A stretch of 64,000 bases of DNA from IMG/VR virus record IMGVR_UViG_3300031994_000009, one strand, 5' to 3'. A program made the position numbers and the translations under genes. Below, piece by piece: positions 29,001 through 38,208 of this stretch (the first letter of the stretch is position 1; the number at the start of each line of letters is the position of its first letter). Source of the DNA: a virus (taxonomy: Duplodnaviria > Caudoviricetes). Under the pieces are notes generated by a model. It ran no database searches. It was not told the DNA's origin and worked only from the letters and a program-made list of their open reading frames with translations.

Positions 29001-30682
29001 TGAAGATAATTGATCTTTCTTGGAAAAACATATTTTCCTATGGTGACGATGTAACCACTTTGGAACTTGGGGACGAGGGGAAGCTTTGGCAGCTTTCTGG
29101 GAAATCTGGTGCTGGAAAGAGCAGTCTTCTTTCCATTCCGAAACTTCTATTGTTCGGAAAAACGGAGGGAGGTGACGGAAAGCCAGTCAACGTTGCAGAC
29201 ATATCGAATTGGATCAACAAGAAAGGTTGGATTCGAGGTACTGTGCAGAACGGAGATTCCGTGTATGTGATCGAACGTACGTTCAATCCATCTACATTAA
29301 ACATATGGAAGAACGGAGAAAGTCTCGATAAGGCAGGTATGAAGAATATGCAGGGAATAATTGACACGGAGATACTTGACGGAATGCCATACAACATATT
29401 CTCCAATGTCATGAGTTTGTCTTTGAATAATTTCAAGTCGTTCATATCTATGACCCCAGCTGACAAGAGGCAGATTATTGATAAGATTTTCTCTATGGAG
29501 TTGATCAACAAGGTTTACGAGCTTGTCAAAAAGGACATGAAGGATCTTGGTAATTCCATCAATGTCAGCAATTCTCAGGTTTATTCCCTTGAACAGACAC
29601 TAAAGACATCTAGACAGGAGCTGGATAACCTTAACAATGGGTCATCGTCTGATGGGACTCAACAGATTTTGGATTCAATAAAAGTAAAGATGGAAAAGGT
29701 TGATGTTTTGTATAAGCAGCAGTATGATCTTTACCAGCAATTTAATATTCAATATTCTGAAGCTTATCAGACATATAACCAGTTAAGGATGGCTATCCAA
29801 TCAAAGAATCAAGAATTGTCTGTTATACAACAGAAGATTAACTTGTTCAATCAAGACAAGTGTCCTACATGCGGAACTTTGTTCAACTCTGAGGAATTTG
29901 CCCAAATCAAGATCGATCTTGAACAGAGCAAATCAGCGATAGAGTCTGAATTAGGGAATTATCGATCCAGTGAATCAGACCTTAACGCAAAGATACAGGG
30001 TATACAGTCTAGTATGAACGAGATCAATTCCAACATATCAAAGATAAACATAAAGAAATCTGAGCTTCAGTCTGAGTTCGCTAGGGTAGAGGCTTCCGCG
30101 AATAACATGAAAGGTGCCGATGCGATCAGGAAGATTATCAATAGCACAGAAGAGACCAAACTTGGGATAGAGAAAGGTATAATAGAGGCTAACGAGAAGA
30201 TGAAGATGTTGGAGATCATGGAAAATATGTATTCGGCTGACGGTATTAAACAGATAATGATGAACAATTATATTCCTACGTTGAATGAGGAGATTGCTGA
30301 TACGTTGAATTTCCTTGGATTTCCTTATACATTGACTTTCGACAATAATTTTGATCCACATCTCCAGTATATAGGAAAGGACATTAAACCACAGAATCTT
30401 TCTGTCGGAGAGCATAAGAAGGTTGATTTGACCGTGTTATGCTCGTTGTTGAAGATGATTAAGAGGAAATATCCACAGATAAATTTAGTTTGCCTTGATG
30501 AGACAGTGAGTTCTCTTGACTATGACAGTTCAACGGAAATTATCAAATATCTTAGGCAAATATCCACAGACATGAATCTGAATATTTTCATAGTGTCACA
30601 TACGATGTTGGATGAGAGCCTGTTTGACAAACATATTTTGATAGAGAAACCAGCTGAATATTCAATTTTGAGGAGAATTTAG
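29000..30682 (+). CDS. gp46: Rad50/SbcC-like ATPase (T4 gp46-like)
   Basis: Walker A GKSGAGKS, CPTC zinc hook within coiled coil, LSVGE signature, CLDE Walker B, VSH. Confidence 0.92.
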   Translation: MKIIDLSWKNIFSYGDDVTTLELGDEGKLWQLSGKSGAGKSSLLSIPKLLLFGKTEGGDGKPVNVADISNWINKKGWIRGTVQNGDSVYVIERTFNPSTLNIWKNGESLDKAGMKNMQGIIDTEILDGMPYNIFSNVMSLSLNNFKSFISMTPADKRQIIDKIFSMELINKVYELVKKDMKDLGNSINVSNSQVYSLEQTLKTSRQELDNLNNGSSSDGTQQILDSIKVKMEKVDVLYKQQYDLYQQFNIQYSEAYQTYNQLRMAIQSKNQELSVIQQKINLFNQDKCPTCGTLFNSEEFAQIKIDLEQSKSAIESELGNYRSSESDLNAKIQGIQSSMNEINSNISKINIKKSELQSEFARVEASANNMKGADAIRKIINSTEETKLGIEKGIIEANEKMKMLEIMENMYSADGIKQIMMNNYIPTLNEEIADTLNFLGFPYTLTFDNNFDPHLQYIGKDIKPQNLSVGEHKKVDLTVLCSLLKMIKRKYPQINLVCLDETVSSLDYDSSTEIIKYLRQISTDMNLNIFIVSHTMLDESLFDKHILIEKPAEYSILRRI

Positions 30683-30701
30683 TTTTTTGGTTCAGAAAAT
30701 G

Positions 30702-30714
30702 TCCGTATATTTGC
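30702..30714 (+). promoter_or_regulatory. Promoter TCCGTATATTTGC
   Basis: Exact motif copy 3 nt before the GTG start; TTTG upstream. Confidence 0.8.
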
Positions 30715-30717
30715 ATC

Positions 30718-31779
30718 GTGATTAGAAATCTTAGTGACATATCAGAAAAGGAACTTTCCTATCTCAGGACACATCCGATCGAGGTCTATGAAAAACTTGA
30801 TTTGATTAGATTTAAGGTTGAATGTACCAATGTTGATGGACTTGGAGGAATAACAGAGATAAAGACATCTAAGGGATCGATTATAGATGATGTTGATTGT
30901 GTCGTGAACACTGTTATGAAGGATATCGTCGATTTTGTCGATAGCAACATATCCAATAGGGTTGATGAGATTCTTGATGAGTTTAACGGGGATTGTGTTA
31001 TTAATATGTTCTATGCTCCAGTTATTAAGACTCATGTAATCGAATACGAGAAGTTTGATTGTCCTTTGTTCATAATTTCGAATGTTCAGTCTGATTGCTC
31101 TGATTGGCTTAGAAGAATTAGCAGGATTTTAACTGGAGTCCATCATCTTTCTTTTCTGTGTTGTTCGAACAAGTTGGATCATTTGCCAGATAATTTTGAT
31201 ATTAACGGAGATTCTTTTGAGAATATGTGCATCTTGATGAAAGATAATTCATGGTCTCTTAATGATATGGATAATATAGAAGGTTGTATAGTTAAGTGCG
31301 GAAGGAAAACATATCAGATCGTGTGCAAGGATACAAACATTCCTGTTGACAAAACGACGAAGAAGATATATAGGGACATGATTCTTGATAATTTCTGTAA
31401 TGTCATGATGGATAATCCTTTGACTGATTCGATATTGTCGGATAGCGAAAGTTATTTGGAACTTGTTTCTAATCTGTTTTTGTCATATTTGGATAATACG
31501 AACATTTTTTCAAGGGTATCGTTTGAACCAGAAGATCTTCTTCCTCCGACGGTAGGTTATATTGGCGAAATGTGTTACGATAGACTTCCTGTTTCAGTGA
31601 AATATGTTTGCAAGACAAATGAAGTCTATAAGAATATATTGAGAATATTGCTTATATCGTTTGATTCTAACAAAAACAAAAAGGAAAAAACAGATCAAGA
31701 TATTGATTATAAGAAGTACAATGAACTGAAAACAAAGATAAATAATAAGGCTTTTATTTCTTGGAAAGATGAGAAATAG
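30718..31779 (+). CDS. Divergent RNA-ligase-like nucleotidyltransferase-fold protein
   Basis: VYEKLD (motif I-like, lacks Gly) and IEGCIVK (motif IV-like). Confidence 0.45.
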   Translation: MIRNLSDISEKELSYLRTHPIEVYEKLDLIRFKVECTNVDGLGGITEIKTSKGSIIDDVDCVVNTVMKDIVDFVDSNISNRVDEILDEFNGDCVINMFYAPVIKTHVIEYEKFDCPLFIISNVQSDCSDWLRRISRILTGVHHLSFLCCSNKLDHLPDNFDINGDSFENMCILMKDNSWSLNDMDNIEGCIVKCGRKTYQIVCKDTNIPVDKTTKKIYRDMILDNFCNVMMDNPLTDSILSDSESYLELVSNLFLSYLDNTNIFSRVSFEPEDLLPPTVGYIGEMCYDRLPVSVKYVCKTNEVYKNILRILLISFDSNKNKKEKTDQDIDYKKYNELKTKINNKAFISWKDEK

Positions 31780-31843
31780 TAAAAACGCAAAAAGGTAAAA
31801 ATACACAAACTTAAAAAAGTAACAAACTTAAAAAATTACAAAA

Positions 31844-33007
31844 ATGTCATCAGCATTAGATCTTTTCAATCCGAGTAGCGGAGTTCAGGAAACTCCAAAG
31901 AACACCGATCTTTACAAAGTGTCATTCAAGGACAGCAAGTCTGGAGTCTACAAGTCAGTCATCAGATTCCTTCCAAATCCAAAGGATCCTTCGAGAAGCG
32001 AAGTCAGCAAGTTTGTCGTTTGGTGTAAGAACCCAGTGACACAGAAAGGCATGTACATCGACGATCCGAAGTCTGTCAATCAGGACTCGAAAATCTCGCA
32101 GATGTATTGGGCACTCAAAAAGAGTGGAATCGCATCATACGAGGCTTTCGCTGACGAATATCTTGGCGGAAAGCAACAGTATGCTTCATTGGTTCAGATT
32201 ATGGCGGATGAACAGCATCCTGAGTTGGTTGGTCAGATTAAGGTATTTGTCTATGGCAAGAAATTGCACGAGAAGTTGAACAATGAGGAATTCCCAGCTG
32301 CTGGCACTGGTATCAAGCCGTGGCATCCAGTTTCTGGAAGAAAGTTTTCCCTCGTCTGCACGAATCAGTCTAATTACAACAATTTCGATCAATCGAGTTT
32401 CTTTGACGAGAGAAACGGGAACCAAATCCTTCCATCTGGTATGTGGTACGTGGATCCCGCGACCCCGAACCAATTCACTGTGTGCAACGAGAACACAGAT
32501 GGTCAGGTCCTGCTTGATTATTTGAACAACAATGCTCCAGACTTGATGAAGTACGATTTCCAGCCATGGAATGAGATTCAGGCAAAACATGTTGACGAGG
32601 TTCTTACTTTGGCTCAGAATTTCCTGACAAATGGAACTTATGGGGCTCAATCTGTTGCTACGCAACAAGGATCTTATTTGCAACCTAACGTTGGTGCAAC
32701 TCCTGTTCAGCCAGCTTTCCCTGGTGGTATGCCAGCACAGCCGACATTCAATCCGAACCCAGTGTTCCCTGGGGCCACGATGCAACCTCAAACACAGGCA
32801 GCATCCGCTCCAGCACAGGCTCCAGTCCCTAATGTTGCGCCTCCTGTTGCTGCGCCGATCGTTGGTGTTCCTCCTATTCAGCAACCTCAGGCTCAACCTC
32901 AAGTCAGCGGAGTGACACCTCCTAATGTTGCACCACAGGGTGCTGCTCCAGGAAATGTCCAACCTCCTACTGGAATGAATATGGACGAGATTCTGTCACA
33001 ACTCTAA
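31844..33007 (+). CDS. gp32: ssDNA-binding protein (T4 gp32-like) with Pro/Gln-rich tail
   Basis: SVIRFLPN, GQIKVFVYGKK, NNFDQSSF motifs; acidic MDEILSQL terminus. Confidence 0.8.
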   Translation: MSSALDLFNPSSGVQETPKNTDLYKVSFKDSKSGVYKSVIRFLPNPKDPSRSEVSKFVVWCKNPVTQKGMYIDDPKSVNQDSKISQMYWALKKSGIASYEAFADEYLGGKQQYASLVQIMADEQHPELVGQIKVFVYGKKLHEKLNNEEFPAAGTGIKPWHPVSGRKFSLVCTNQSNYNNFDQSSFFDERNGNQILPSGMWYVDPATPNQFTVCNENTDGQVLLDYLNNNAPDLMKYDFQPWNEIQAKHVDEVLTLAQNFLTNGTYGAQSVATQQGSYLQPNVGATPVQPAFPGGMPAQPTFNPNPVFPGATMQPQTQAASAPAQAPVPNVAPPVAAPIVGVPPIQQPQAQPQVSGVTPPNVAPQGAAPGNVQPPTGMNMDEILSQL

Positions 33008-33028
33008 TCTCGGATTTCGAGATAAACG

Positions 33029-33064
33029 AAGAAAGCGAACTAAATTAGTTCGCTTTCTTTTTTG
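33029..33064. terminator. Bidirectional terminator between convergent genes
   Basis: AAGAAAGCGAACTAA-A-TTAGTTCGCTTTCTT. Confidence 0.75.
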
Positions 33065-34985
33065 TGTTTGTTGTCGGATCATCTCCCCTTAGTTGTTTCA
33101 GTTCTGATAGTATATGCCTGTCGATGTCTACCCCAACATTGAGGTTTTGTATCTGCATATCAATGTTTCTTTTCTCTTGTTCTAATGTATTAATCTTTGT
33201 GTCTTGTGCTTCTATCAATCCTTTTATTATTGTCTTGATAGGAAGTTCCCCAAGTTTCATTGTAAGTGGGGGTATTTTTTTGAGGCTGTCGATCAATATG
33301 TTTATCACAGGAATCAGAGATCCATCTATATTTCCGTAATTGACAAATAGTAACATAGGCAAAGGGCATATCCCGCATATCCCAAGACCTATAACTATGG
33401 TGACTCTGCTTGGGATTACTATAATCGGGAGATATATTATTGGAAGTCTTATCGGTGCCCCAGAAACGATAAGGCCAGTCGACCAATATATTGGAAGCAT
33501 GCAGTTGACTAATGTTGCCATCATGCAGTATTTTATCCAATAACCGAAAGAGAAGATATCCATTCTTGTCTTCAGGGAATCTTCTGTGTACACATATCCG
33601 TTCTCGTCGATCATAGATGGTGTTGTTCCGTTCATCATCGGATCGTTTATTTGTTCTTCTATGGTTTTTGGTTCCTCTATGAAATAGAAGTCATGCTTTA
33701 TTCCATCCTTGTATATTGGTGAAGGGTTTGGCCATTTTGCTTCAATAAGTTTCCTGAATATCTTTCCGCTCTGTATATTGTCCTCGTTATTCAGATACCA
33801 GTTTATTGCTCTGTCAGACAGTTCCCTAAGTATTCTTGATTCGTTTCTGGTGAGTCGCAAAAGAGGATCTATGTATTTTTGTATTTCTGCTATGACTGCG
33901 GCAAGGGCTGTTGCCGTTTCTGGAGTTGGTGGTGCTGCCATGAGAGCGGTGTATGTCGCCGCATAATTCTGCAGAGACAACAATCCGAGTTGATCTTTCA
34001 GCGTGAATATATCTTCAGTGTCTTCTTCTGGAATATATTCAGAGAAATAGTTTTGATCCATTTCGGATTCGATTCTTTTCAGTTGCACGAATGATATAGC
34101 GATCTTCTTTAGTTTATCTTCAAGCTCCCTCATTTTTTTCTCTTGTTTCGTGTCAGGGATTTCTGTTCCGTTGATAAGATCGTTTATGTTCGTGTCTTTG
34201 TATTTTTCCTCGTTGGATCTTGGAGGTGTATATCTCGTAAGGGTTTTTAGGTAGTTGAGAACTTTTTTGTATAAGGTTTCCTTTTCTATGTCGTGTATGG
34301 ATGCTTCTGTTAAATTATCGCTTTTTGTATAGAAATCATACTTGAATATTTCCTTCATCCTTCCATAGTAATCGTATGTTGTGTCATCCCAGTATTTTTT
34401 CAGGGTTTTGTTGCACATTTTCTGGAACTTGGATATAAGGGACTCAATGTTGCTTCCGTTGTATTCTAATCTTTCCCTTATTTGCATGAACGATGTTATG
34501 TGGTAATATAGTTCAACAACATAAGGGTTGTTTTCGTCATAGACAAAATTGTCGCTGTTGATGTATTCCGAATACATGTCATATAGCATATATTCTGTCA
34601 CTTTCCCAGAGTTATTCCCGTATGAGTCGACTTTGTTGTATTGATCTATGATTTTCTTGAAATATTTTTTCTTTGTTGAATCCAGATCCCTTTTCAGAGA
34701 CATCATGTCATCTGATTCGCACTTTGATTTTATGTTTGTCGATGAACATATTTCTTTTACCTTGTTGTTGTATTTTTCTATGATTTTGTCAGAATCCTTC
34801 TTATATTTGTCTACCATACTCTCAGTTGAACCGAGTATATAAGGAACAATATAATTTACGTGTTCGATCGAGTTTAGGGCGAGATCTGCGAACCTGAATC
34901 TTAGTATATAGTCTTTTATGAAATTAGATACGTTGGCGTTTTCTTGTAAGATGTCATTAACTTCATTAAAATCTTCCCTGTTCAT
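33045..34985 (-). CDS. Hypothetical protein with hydrophobic C-terminal region (putative structural)
   Basis: 646 aa, last gene of the minus-strand late operon. Confidence 0.65.
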   Translation of the reverse strand: MNREDFNEVNDILQENANVSNFIKDYILRFRFADLALNSIEHVNYIVPYILGSTESMVDKYKKDSDKIIEKYNNKVKEICSSTNIKSKCESDDMMSLKRDLDSTKKKYFKKIIDQYNKVDSYGNNSGKVTEYMLYDMYSEYINSDNFVYDENNPYVVELYYHITSFMQIRERLEYNGSNIESLISKFQKMCNKTLKKYWDDTTYDYYGRMKEIFKYDFYTKSDNLTEASIHDIEKETLYKKVLNYLKTLTRYTPPRSNEEKYKDTNINDLINGTEIPDTKQEKKMRELEDKLKKIAISFVQLKRIESEMDQNYFSEYIPEEDTEDIFTLKDQLGLLSLQNYAATYTALMAAPPTPETATALAAVIAEIQKYIDPLLRLTRNESRILRELSDRAINWYLNNEDNIQSGKIFRKLIEAKWPNPSPIYKDGIKHDFYFIEEPKTIEEQINDPMMNGTTPSMIDENGYVYTEDSLKTRMDIFSFGYWIKYCMMATLVNCMLPIYWSTGLIVSGAPIRLPIIYLPIIVIPSRVTIVIGLGICGICPLPMLLFVNYGNIDGSLIPVINILIDSLKKIPPLTMKLGELPIKTIIKGLIEAQDTKINTLEQEKRNIDMQIQNLNVGVDIDRHILSELKQLRGDDPTTNTKKKAN

Positions 34986-35389
34986 TGTAATCCAAACTTG
35001 TTTTTGAAGTCTTCCTCTGTCATTTCTGCCGACAATCCGAGAGAGGATAGGATTTCGTTGTAGTCTGTCTCGTATGTTCCTATGATGTATTTGTCAGTGA
35101 CTTCTGTTATTATTCCATTAATTTTTGATTTCACTGGTATCCCCTTCATGTATGCAATCGTGTCGTCTATCTTGATATGCTGATTGACTTCTACTGTTAT
35201 CGTAGGATTGTTGGAACCGAACTCTATGACGAAACGTTCTGCGGAATCCGTGCCTCCATCCATTCCTGTCGATTCTGAGAATAACTGATCGAAATCTGTT
35301 GTCTCATCTGGAGGGCATATTGATATCTTGCACAGTCTCTGTAGTGTTTGGAATCCGTTGATTATCTGTTCTTGGTTTTGTGCTGCCAT
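34982..35389 (-). CDS. Hypothetical protein
   Basis: 135 aa; ATGA overlap with the next gene. Confidence 0.6.
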   Translation of the reverse strand: MAAQNQEQIINGFQTLQRLCKISICPPDETTDFDQLFSESTGMDGGTDSAERFVIEFGSNNPTITVEVNQHIKIDDTIAYMKGIPVKSKINGIITEVTDKYIIGTYETDYNEILSSLGLSAEMTEEDFKNKFGLQ

Positions 35390-35945
35390 TTAACGAAAAA
35401 CCTTTTTCTTTGTTGTTGCACATTTGTATGACTATACTTTTCCGTACAAATGAATCATTTTCTCTTTTTAGTTCCTTTTCTGAAAAATCTGGATCTTTTA
35501 TTTCAGATAGAGGATTGTTTGGATCCGTTATAGGTGTTGCTGCATCTATTTCTGCCTTATGTGCGGATCTAAACGCAAGCATTGTTCCAGCAAGTGCTCC
35601 TATTAGTGGGAGCAACGATCTTGCCATTGCATTGAAATCGAAGCCGCTTTTGTCTTCGCCGATATCGATCCCTATGATTGCTTCGAGCTTACCCATCACA
35701 TTTTTCCATGTGTCTTCTGTTGTACTTTTCAGATTCTTTACAGCATCTAAGATTTCTTTAAGTATTTTAAACTGCATGGTCTTTACCAGAAGCCGTTTTT
35801 CCTCTGGCTTCATTTCGTCGAGTCTTTTGGATAACTTGACCTTGTTTGTTACATAGCTTGCATAGTTCGCGTCTGTTTCTGACGGATCGACTCCTGGTTC
35901 ATAGTTCTCCAGATCTTCTATCCCTGTGTTGTATATGAGTGGCAT
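35304..35945 (-). CDS. Hypothetical protein
   Basis: 213 aa; one hydrophobic helix. Confidence 0.6.
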   Translation of the reverse strand: MPLIYNTGIEDLENYEPGVDPSETDANYASYVTNKVKLSKRLDEMKPEEKRLLVKTMQFKILKEILDAVKNLKSTTEDTWKNVMGKLEAIIGIDIGEDKSGFDFNAMARSLLPLIGALAGTMLAFRSAHKAEIDAATPITDPNNPLSEIKDPDFSEKELKRENDSFVRKSIVIQMCNNKEKGFSLNGSTKPRTDNQRIPNTTETVQDINMPSR

Positions 35946-37474
35946 TAGATTATGTACATAGTTCCATGGTTTCCAGAAGTCGCGTCAGATCTATAAGATG
36001 GCCAGTATTGTCTTCTTTGTTGACCGTTTGGCCTCTTGTATCCTATATGTACCCAAACGGATCTTGCTGTTTCGTATGGTCCTGTGTGTTCTACGAGGAT
36101 CTGATCGAATTGTATGCTTGGATTGTTCGTCAGAAAACTATATATGAATTCTGATAGTTTTTGAACTCTATCCTTTTTTTCTTCAATGGTGCTGAAAGCT
36201 GGCTGTACATCTATCGCCCATCCTTCGATGTGTGCAGAACCCGTTGCCTTTTGTGTTGTACCGTCGGAATATTTGTATCCCACTGGGCGGTATCCAGAGG
36301 TGATCCACCATGTTGGGTCAAGACCTATTCCTGTCGCATATGTCTCCCATCCTTTACGCAAAGGGACCCATAGGTTTCTCATAGCATCTATTATATGTTG
36401 TCTTATAGTCTCACTTGCGCTGTATTTGGATCCTCTGTCATAGATTTTGCTTAGCGTGACTTCCTTGTAGTTATATTCGGTTGATGTCGGATCATAAACA
36501 TATGTGTCTGTTTCCATTATTCCTGGTAATTGATTGTAACTGTATTCTCCTGGTTCGGAGTTTTCATATATTAATGTATTTGGTATATAGTTGTAAGGCG
36601 GTTCCAAGACAGTTTCGAACAATGCTATGTCTTGGTCGTTTGTTTTATAATATTCTTCGTATAGTGCATCAAGTTCAGCGAAATAATCCCTTGATGAAGT
36701 TAATTTTGTTTTTACTGGTATGAATGCTGCTTGAGCTGTTAAGGTTTCCGCGTCGCTTATATTTGTTATCTCTACAGGGATTTGTGCAACAGCTTTTTTT
36801 ATGGCATATGTTGCCATTTCGTATGGTTGTGGTATGACACCGTTGATGAGAGGTATAGATAGAGTTCCAGCTTGACTTAGATACGATAGAAAATCACAAG
36901 GATCCGTTATAAGTTTAGGGATAGCTGTTAGTATTGTAGGTGCTATCGGATCCATTTCTCCAAGAAGATTCATATCTAATTCGGAAATTCCAGACTCGAT
37001 TTCTTCGATTTGTTCATCCATGATTGATGTAGGCATAGGTATGCCGTGAGACTGTTTGTATGAGCGAACCGCATCTATCAAAGCGTCTTTTTCTGCTTGG
37101 GTTTCAAGATCTCTGTAGAACCCTGTTCCAGATTCCACGATCTTTCCGTTTATTTTCTTCTCGTATTTGTAAGCGCTTCTGCTGTCTTGATCTGTTATAA
37201 TGAATTCTATCGTGTTTCCTGTCGAATTGTTCTTGACTTTAAGGTTGTGATCGTTTATGAAGTCGTTGACAGCTGTATACCAATCATCAAATTCTGTCAT
37301 AGGAACTGGGCAGTTTGGTTGTCCACTCATTATCTGGTATCCAGAAATATCTTCATCACATGTCTGTATTCCTTTATCGTCAATCCTGACCGTATGGTAT
37401 TTCTCCATCTTGGAATACGTGAACGTCTTGAAGCTGTTGGTGATGTCATTCCTTGATATTTTAAAAGTTGCCAT
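35945..37474 (-). CDS. Protein with C-terminal peptidase M15 (peptidoglycan hydrolase) domain
   Basis: ITSGYRP, SAHIEGWAID, WVHIGY M15 zinc motifs. Confidence 0.8.
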   Translation of the reverse strand: MATFKISRNDITNSFKTFTYSKMEKYHTVRIDDKGIQTCDEDISGYQIMSGQPNCPVPMTEFDDWYTAVNDFINDHNLKVKNNSTGNTIEFIITDQDSRSAYKYEKKINGKIVESGTGFYRDLETQAEKDALIDAVRSYKQSHGIPMPTSIMDEQIEEIESGISELDMNLLGEMDPIAPTILTAIPKLITDPCDFLSYLSQAGTLSIPLINGVIPQPYEMATYAIKKAVAQIPVEITNISDAETLTAQAAFIPVKTKLTSSRDYFAELDALYEEYYKTNDQDIALFETVLEPPYNYIPNTLIYENSEPGEYSYNQLPGIMETDTYVYDPTSTEYNYKEVTLSKIYDRGSKYSASETIRQHIIDAMRNLWVPLRKGWETYATGIGLDPTWWITSGYRPVGYKYSDGTTQKATGSAHIEGWAIDVQPAFSTIEEKKDRVQKLSEFIYSFLTNNPSIQFDQILVEHTGPYETARSVWVHIGYKRPNGQQRRQYWPSYRSDATSGNHGTMYII

Positions 37475-38114
37475 TGATATCCTTTTGACATGTTTTTAAA
37501 CACCAATATGAATCTGCTATGTCATCCATGCACATGATGTAGTTTGTCTTTTTCTTTAATAGTTGTGGGTTTTGTTTGAGTATTTCCACTATCCTGTGTA
37601 TGTTATCTGGTTCTTTTCCGAAAGCTTCGATCATAGCGTCTTTTCCGAGACCTCTTTTTGAGCACCCAGCTGTTTTCTTTATTGTTATTGGTGAATATGT
37701 TCTGAAGTTTTTGAAACCAGCTTGTATAAGCCTGTCCATAAGGATGTATTTGTAACCAGAAAGATCGAGGGCAGCGTCTCCTTTAGCAGAAAAAGCAAAA
37801 CCTTCATTGGCTATGATTGCTGAGTCTATATGATAATTTGTTCCGTGTATGATTTCATATATTGTTTTTGTTATTGTGTCAGCAAGTTCTGTCGATCTTC
37901 TCATGTGTTCAAGTATAAGTTCGTGCTGTGTAAACTCTTTGTCTTTTATCTTTTCAAGTTTTCTGTTATAAACATGTATTCCGCAGTCATCCAGTCTTTC
38001 ATACGATGTTTTGTCTATGTCTGACGGCCAGACATAGATTTCGATCTTGTCGTCGATCATACATGTCATTGCTGGTTTGTTGCATGAAAAATCGAATGCG
38101 AAAATAGGTTGCAT
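37461..38114 (-). CDS. RuvC-like Holliday junction resolvase
   Basis: AFDFS, NEGFAF, PITIKK, DIADSY RNase H-fold pattern. Confidence 0.75.
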   Translation of the reverse strand: MQPIFAFDFSCNKPAMTCMIDDKIEIYVWPSDIDKTSYERLDDCGIHVYNRKLEKIKDKEFTQHELILEHMRRSTELADTITKTIYEIIHGTNYHIDSAIIANEGFAFSAKGDAALDLSGYKYILMDRLIQAGFKNFRTYSPITIKKTAGCSKRGLGKDAMIEAFGKEPDNIHRIVEILKQNPQLLKKKTNYIMCMDDIADSYWCLKTCQKDINGNF

Positions 38115-38208
38115 TTCTTATAAAATAATAATTTCTTTGTATTTATGGGACGCGAAGTAAAACGTATGCTTTTTGTAAATAAATACCGAAACGACAATTC
38201 ATTGTACA

